Part shown: piece after piece, positions 56,694-64,000 of the stretch
Layout: every line of letters begins with the position of its first letter
Position numbering within the stretch: position 1 is the first letter of the stretch
Origin: Octopus vulgaris
Taxonomy: Eukaryota
DNA length: 64,000 nt
Direction of reading: 5' to 3'
Assembly (NCBI GenBank): GCA_951406725.2
Contig: OX597820.1
Location: 18,104,001 to 18,168,000, forward strand
Translations under genes and position numbers: made by a program
The notes under the pieces: model-generated
What the model saw: only the letters and a program-made list of their open reading frames with translations
Database searches by the model: none
What the model was told of the DNA's origin: nothing

Positions 56694-57742
56694 AAACTTA
56701 AATTAGTAAAATTGGGAACATAAATTTTGGTTTATATTCATTTTGGTTAATAAACTCTTGAACCACTGGCAAATTTTGTTAAGTTCTACGCTTGACTGAT
56801 TTCAACTACACGCCTGAGGAACCCACTCGTTAAATATGAATGCCAAAAAATTAATTCCAAAATCAACTATCTATTCAATTCTATCTTTTCTTTGTGTCCA
56901 ACCCTAACTCTGCACCACCCCCAACCTAAACTCATACTTCTCCAGCACCACTCCTCATCTTCTTCTTCTTCTTCTTCTTCTTCTTCTTCTTCTTCTCCTC
57001 CTTGTTGTTGTTGTTCTTCTTCTTCTTTTTCTTCTTCATCATCGTCATCGTTATCATCGTCATCGTTGTTGTCGTCGTCGTCCTCCTCCTCCTCATCTTC
57101 TTCATCATCGTCATCATCATCATCATCATCATCGTCATCATCATCGTCATCATCATCAGTATCATCATCATCGTCGTCATCCTCCTCCTCATCTTCTTCC
57201 TCCTCTTCCTCCTTCTGTCTTCCCTCTTCCTCCCTTCTTCCACCTTTTCCTCCTCCTCTTCACTGCCTCCTCCTCTCCTTTATCCTCCTCTCCCTTTCGC
57301 CCCTCTTCTACTCCTATTCTCTTCTTCCTCTCCCCTGCTTCACTCCTTTTATTCCTCTTCCCTTCCTCACCCCCTCCTCCATTCAGCTTCAATTAAGTAT
57401 AATTTATAATTTTGTTTTGTTTATCCACTCAAATAATCCATTAATACTTTTCTTTTATCCTTCTTCATCCAACCTTCCTTTGCTTGTTTCACTCATTGGA
57501 CAGCGACCATGCTGGAGCCACTGACTTGAAGGATTTAGTTGAAGACATTAACTTAGTATGCATCTTTTTTTTAAAGTTTGGTACTTATTCTATCAGTATT
57601 TTTACTGAAACTGCTATGTTATGGGGATGTAAACAAACCAACATCATTTGTGGTGGTGGTGGTGGTGGTGGTGGTGGTGGTGGTGACGGGGTAGGGGTCT
57701 GGGACAAACACAAAGGCAGATGTGCAAGGCCAGAATTTCTTT

Positions 57743-58132
57743 AGGTGCAGGCATAGCTGTGTGGTAAGATGCTTGCTTCCCAACCACATGGTTTCAGGTT
57801 CAGTCCCACTGTGTGGCACTTTGGGCAAGTGTCTTCTACTATAGCTTCAGGCTGACCAAAGCCTTGTGAGTGGATTTGGTAGATGGAAACTGAAAGAAGC
57901 CCATCATATATATATATATATATATATACATATGTATTTGTGTGTCTGTGTTTCTTCCCCCACTATTGCTGGACAACCAATGCTGGTGTGGTTACATCCC
58001 TGTAACTTAGCGGTTCAGCAAAAGAAACTAATAAAATAAGTACTAGGCTTACAAAGAATAAGTCCTGGGGGTGATTTGTTCAACTAAAGGTGGTGCTCCA
58101 GGATGGCCATAGTCAAATGACTGAAACAAGTA
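57743..58132 (+). mobile_element. SINE family A
   Basis: Family match; partial copies at 56450-56615, 57490-57720 and 59580-59795. Confidence 0.88.
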
Positions 58133-58137
58133 AATTC

Positions 58138-58177
<40 letters not shown>

Positions 58178-58181
<4 letters not shown>

Positions 58182-58756
58182 GAATTTACAAAAAAAACAC
58201 AAAAGATGAAGACGGGTGTGTAAACAACAAATAGATGTATTAGTTTAATGCTCGGGAAGTGAGAAAGTCTTTCACATTTCGAGCCTATGCTCTTCAACAG
58301 AAATGAACACATGAACATGTTTTTTTGTTGTTAAAAAAAGTCCGTTTCCTAGTTTGTTTTTGTGTTTTCGTTTCTTGTTGAGTTCTACGTTTAATTGTGG
58401 TGTCCTGTACTCATATATATATATATATACATGCATATATACATGTAGATGTAGGTACATACATATATGTATGTATGCATATATTTTATTTATTAAATTA
58501 TTGTATGACTGAGCGCCCTCACGTCGTTTCGTTTTGTTTCTTTTCTTTTCTCCCAGTAAGTTTTTATATATATATATATATATATTTCTATTTTCTGCTT
58601 TCTCTCCCTGTTTATTTCTGTGTTCATGTGTTCATTTCTGTTGAAGAGCATAGGCTCGAAATGTGAAAGACTTTCTCACTTCCCGAGCATTAAACTAATA
58701 CATCTGTTTATTGTTTACACACCCGTCTTCATCTTTTGTTTTTTTTTTGTAAATTC

Positions 58757-58760
<4 letters not shown>
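58178..58760. mobile_element. Fold-back pair of CTGTTGA-core elements (~140-bp arms, ~300-bp spacer) bounded by (TA)n
   Basis: 58178-58318 is the near-identical reverse complement of 58621-58760. Confidence 0.85.
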
Positions 58761-58792
<32 letters not shown>

Positions 58793-59244
58793 GAGACTTT
58801 ACAAAAAAACAAAAGACGAAGGCGAACCTTCACAAAAGTAAGAGAGAGAGAGAGAGAGAGGGAGGGAGAGAGAGAGAAAGTAAAAAGGAAAATGTTCCTT
58901 GCATTTGAAAACTATGGAAATTATTTAAAGAAACATTTAATTTAATTTTTCCACAATTTAATTATTTTTCATGCTTTACTCTAAGTTGAAAAAGTCACAA
59001 AGACTGAAGCCGGTACTAAAATGTTCTTCACGATAAAATTATTTTAGTATTTTATACCTTGTCCTATTTTCCTATTTTCCCTAATCCCAGGGACTCCCAG
59101 GGAGTATTATTAGGATATTCAATTTCTAAAGGGCCGCTTAAATGGGGCTCCTCTATTTTTACTGCATTTGCCTCGGTCCTACGTTTGTTGATTAAACTAT
59201 GATCAGCCTCAGTGCTTAGCACATTTGCAGAAATAAGATTGGGC

Positions 59245-59429
59245 GTGGCACGTAAAAAGCATCCACTACACTCGCGGAGTGGTTGGCGTTAGGAAGGGCA
59301 TCCAGCTGTAGAAACACTGCCAGATCAGACTGGAGCCTGGTGCAGCCCCTGGCTTCCCAGACCCCAGTCGAACCGTCCAACCCGTGCTAGTGCGGAAAAC
59401 GGACGTTAAACGATGATGATGATGATGAT
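59245..59429 (+). mobile_element. RTE 3'-end fragment
   Basis: Family match; another copy at 60272-60580. Confidence 0.88.
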
Positions 59430-59551
59430 TCTAAATACCTTCACATACATTCAAATCAAGATAAAGTTATAACAGGTACGTTTCAAGTGTGGTAGTGTGA
59501 ATATTTATATTTTGTAGTTCATGAAACTTACGTCTAGTATGTGTATGTGTG

Positions 59552-59584
<33 letters not shown>

Positions 59585-59834
59585 CTTTGTGTCTGTGTTT
59601 GTCCCCCCCACCAATGAATGATAGAGTGTTTACATCCCCGTAACCTAGCAGTTCAGCAAAAGAATCCAATAGAAGAATTACTTGGTTACTAAACAAAAAG
59701 TCCTGGGTTCAATTGAAACTCAACTGAAACTTTTTAAGGCAGTGCTCCAGCATGGCTGCAATCAAATGACTGAAACATATAAAAGAATAAAAGAATATAC
59801 ATAGTATTGTAGTTCACTTGAAGCATTGTATATA

Positions 59835-60155
59835 GTTTGTAAAGAATAAAATGTTTGGAATGGTACAACAATGCACTATAATACAGACAATGGACTATAT
59901 ACCTGATGTAATTTAGCCATCCATAGACTGATATGATATTTTGGAATAATATTCCTTCTTCAGATATTCTTAGATGGAGTTGCCATTAGAAAACCGATTA
60001 TAGCAGCGACTCCATCTAAGAATATCTGAAGAAGGAATTTTATTCAGAAATATCATATCAGACTATGGATGACTAAATTACAACAGGTATACACAGCCCA
60101 CTGTCTGTATTATAGTACATTGTTGTACCATTCCAAACTTTTTATTCTTACAAAC
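59835..60155. mobile_element. Fold-back (~150-bp arms) with canonical CTGAAGA hammerhead core in both arms
   Basis: ATAT-CTGAAGA-AG-GAAT-TTT-ATTC-A-GAAA-TATC-ATAT at 60022-60058, mirrored near 59935-59965. Confidence 0.82.
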
Positions 60156-60866
60156 AACTTATTCTTTATGAATATATATAAATTTAATATACAATATATT
60201 TATTTATATAATCCAGTGATAATCACAAAAAAGCTCTTTTAGTGGAACCAGCTACAGACTACTTATACTGGATCGTAAAAAGCACCATCCGAATCGTGGC
60301 CGAAGCCAGTGCCGCCTTGGCTGGCTTCCGTACCGGTGGCACGTAAAATGCACCAATCCGACCATGGCCGTTGCCAGCCTCGCCTGGCACCTGTGCAGGT
60401 GACACATAAAAAGCACCCACTACACTCACGGAGTGGTTGGCGTTAGGAAGGGCATCCAGATGTAGAAACACTGCCAGATAAGACTGGAGCCTGGTGCAGC
60501 CTTCTGGCTTCCCAGATCCCTGGTCGAACCGTCCAACCCATGCTAGCATGGAGAACGGACGTTAAACGATGATGATGATGTAACCATGTTATTCTATTGA
60601 TCTGAAGAGCGAGTCTTCCATACCTGCATTGGTTTGTAAAATATATAATAGTACTATGCAATCTATAGCATACATGCTAATGCAGACATGTAAAATAATT
60701 TATTGTACACTAAAATGAATTATATTTGCATAGTATTGACTGTGAAATGGCTGTCATCCTAAGGATATCAACTGGGGAAACACTTATTTATCTCATTCCT
60801 CCTGATTTTCTTTACATTCTACACACACACACACACACATGTATATATATATATATATATATATAC

Positions 60867-61437
60867 TTTAGGTCTCACCGAGAAATGACTAGAGACCGAG
60901 ACCTTTGGAAGTATGCTGTGCGTGAGTAGACCCAGCAGGACAAGTGAGACCATAACCCGTGGCCTCTACCTGGGATGTAGCCAGTCCACTTATGCATACC
61001 TTTCCTTCTTGGGACACAAAACTCTACTTGTGAAGACCTGTTGAGGCAAGTGAGAACCAAAATCAAAATCAAAATCAAAATCGATCAACATCAATGGAAA
61101 TTGTAGCTGTGATACCAGCGCCGGTGGCATGTAAAAAGCACCATCTAATCGTGGCCGTTGCCAGCCTCAACTGGTCTCTGTGCTGGTGGCATGTAAAAGG
61201 CACCATCTGATCGTGGCTGTTTGCCAGCCTCATCTGGCACCTGTGCCAGTGGCACGTAAAAAGCACCCACTACACTCACGGTGTGGTTGGCGTTAGGAAG
61301 GGCATCCAGCTGTAGAAACACTGCCAGATCAGACTGGGCCTGGTGCAGCCTTCTGGCTTCCCAGACCCCAGTTGAACCGTCCAACTCATGCTAGCATGGA
61401 AAGCGGACGCTAAATGATGATGATGATGATGATGATG
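60867..61437 (+). mobile_element. RTE ORF end + complete 3' UTR
   Basis: EMTRDRDLWKYAVRE, then UTR modules and (GAT)n. Confidence 0.88.
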
Positions 61438-62357
61438 TATGTATGTATGTGTGTACCCAGCATTAAATTAGAATTGTTGCAGCTATTCAATTATCAATGT
61501 TTGTTATTCAATCAGAATTGTACTATTTAAGCATATAAAGAAAAACATATATATGTGTACAAGGGATTTTATTTGTTATATCTATTTAATAGGTTAATAT
61601 GGCTTTTATTAATAAGCTATAAGCTACAGTATGTTCAATTTTGTTATCATTATTGTAACAATAACTGTGTCACAAAAGCAATGAATTCTTATAAGAGCCA
61701 TAAAGCATTTGATTAAATATTTCGAGGAAAGAAAAGATCTGAATACATACTCCTCATTTGGACAAGTTTCACTTGAAAATGTTTGGAATAAACAACAAAT
61801 AAAAATTCATTATTAGAAAGGGTATGGAATGAAAATTCCTAGGGACATACAAACTTCTTATTATTTTCACTTGAAATGCCTCAGCCATAATGTTCTGTTT
61901 GTAAGACATTTTAGAATATGTTGGTTATGCAAACAACAACCTATACACATACATACAGACACACGTACGTACACAGCAACATGATAAAGGAACAAACAAA
62001 TATATTTATAGAAGATCTACTCCACAGTGTTGTACCTTGATTAAAACACTGTGTAGAATGTGTACGATGCAAAGAAGGAAGCTTAATTGAATACTTCTGG
62101 CTTTTTGTTTGCTTTTGGTTTTTGTTTATTTTAGATAAATTGATGAGATGAAATCATGTTTGCGAACCATGCGTTTATATATAAACGTCTACCTACCTCT
62201 CTATCTGTCTGTTTGTCTGTCTATCAGCTCATCTCTCTCTCTCGTCTCTCTCCTTTCTGTATATATTGATAAATAGATAGATAGATAGATATATTACACA
62301 TACACACACACACACACACACACATATATGTGTGTATGTATATATATATATATATAT

Positions 62358-62489
62358 CTTTTACTCTTTTACTTGTTTCAGTTACTTTGACTGTGGCCAT
62401 GCCGGAGCACCGCCTTTAGTCTCTTTTGCCGAACCGCTAAGTTATGGGGACGTAAACACACCAGCATCAGTTGTCAAGCGATGTTGTGT

Positions 62490-62528
<39 letters not shown>

Positions 62529-62716
62529 TATACACACATATACATATATATATGACGGGCTTCTTTCAGTTTCCATCTACCAAATCCACTCACAAGGCTT
62601 TGGTCGGCCCAAGGCTATAGTAGAAGACACTTACCCAAGGTGCCACGCAGTGGGACTGAACCCAGAACCATGTGGTTAGTAAGCAAGCTACTTACCACAC
62701 AGCCACTCCTGCACCT
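62358..62716 (-). mobile_element. SINE family A
   Basis: Family match with an internal deletion. Confidence 0.88.
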
Positions 62717-62717
62717 A

Positions 62718-62960
62718 TATTTGAAAAGTTTCCACCTACTTTTTTGAATTGCAATGTCTTTGATCAGATCCTCAAAATTAATCTTAGGTAACACATCTGT
62801 ATCTATACTTAGTAGAGACAAAGGCATCCCGAATATTATTTTAGCAAGTTTGAAGTGATTTCTTTTGTGCTGTAAACCATTTACCATTTCTGTGGTGCTC
62901 CTCTTTCCCTTGATGCCCTAAGCACGTACTTACTTTACTTAATGGTTAATTTAGCACTGC
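62718..62960 (-). mobile_element. hAT transposon remnant (C-terminal dimerisation region + terminus)
   Basis: LSLLSIDTDVLPKINFEDLIKDIAIQKSR resembles the hAT C-terminus; terminus CAGTGCTAAATTAACCAT is similar to CAGTGCTGGATTAACCAT at 51586. Confidence 0.6.
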
Positions 62961-63504
62961 ATTTCAGACAGATTCAGTGCTGAGTTGCTGAAGCAGAAAA
63001 AACCCTTATGGCAAATATTCTGTGGAATAACACAGATTTGCTAATCAATTGCTTGACCTTAAGCATTTGAGCATGTCCCTCAGTGGCTGACAATATGTGC
63101 ATCTCGGATCAGGACCAGGAGTAATGGATGCACGTCATAGTCATGTATTAAAAGGGATTCTTTAGGGTTTGAAAAAATGTAATAAAAGCAAAGTTTGAAG
63201 GAAATAAAAGCCATTCTTTATACTTTTTAGGGGTAAACAAATAGGAAATAAGTTATACTATCCAAGGACAAAAAGGGAGTGCTATGCATTGTAATGGCTT
63301 TCTGAGTGCTTTTCAGCTTGATCCTATATTCGTTATTATACCTTCAAAATAGTCACCTCCGCAGCTGACCTACCAACAAAAGCCATCAATTTCTTCTAGG
63401 GAAGTGCTCTTATGACTATGAGACATTTTGGTGCAGCCATTTTGGCATCGTCTATTTGGCATTGCTGATTTGGTGCTGATTTATTTAACAGCTGATGCTT
63501 TATT

Positions 63505-63894
63505 ATTCTCTCTCTCTCGCTCTCTCATCCTCTGTCTGTCTGCTTGTCTCTTTCTCTCTCTCTCTTGCTCACCCCTCTGTTTGTCTCTTTATTTCTCTGT
63601 TTCTTTCTTTCTCTCTCTCTCTCACTCCTCTATCTGTCTGTCTCTCTCTCACCCCCTCTGCCTGTCTGTCTGTCTGTCTGCCTGCCTGTCTGTCTGTCTG
63701 TCCCTCTCACCCCTCTGTCAGTCTGTCTCTCTCACCCCTCTGTCAGTCTGTCTCTCTCTCTCACCCCTCTGTCTGTCTGTCTTTCTCTCTCTCACCCCTT
63801 CTGTCAGTCTGTCTCTCTCTCACACCCTCTGTCTGTCTGTCTCTCTCTCTCTCTCCCCTCTGTCTGTCTGTTTGTCTTTCTCTCTCTCACACCC

Positions 63895-63926
<32 letters not shown>

Positions 63927-63945
63927 ATCCTCCCTCCTCTCTGTT
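63505..63945. repeat. (CT)n/(CTGT)n low-complexity tract
   Basis: Visible directly. Confidence 0.92.
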
Positions 63946-64000
63946 TATGTTTGTGAGCATCTAGTTGTGTTTGTGTGTGTGTGTGTGTGTGTAATGTCTT

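Overview
AT-rich, microsatellite-saturated eukaryotic DNA. The SINE families and repeat landscape resemble an octopus/coleoid cephalopod genome (inference from recall, not a database hit). No host exon could be supported, and almost all listed ORFs are simple-repeat or SINE artefacts. The window is a mosaic of tRNA-derived SINEs (at least 4 families), RTE, R4/Dong-type, Tx1/L1 and CR1 LINE fragments, Tc1/mariner, hAT, TTAA-MITE and Helitron remnants. The most striking unexplained structure is a set of short non-coding elements from several families that carry minimal type I hammerhead-ribozyme motifs. Their cores covary at the 3-8 pair (C-G, U-A, G-C), and they sit as fold-backs whose 3' ends point outward, as Penelope-like pLTRs do. 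One family also has a tRNA-derived Pol III head, i.e. a candidate ribozyme-bearing SINE mobilised by Penelope-like machinery. No Penelope RT or GIY-YIG ORF is visible in the window. Coordinates were read by eye (about +/-10 bp).
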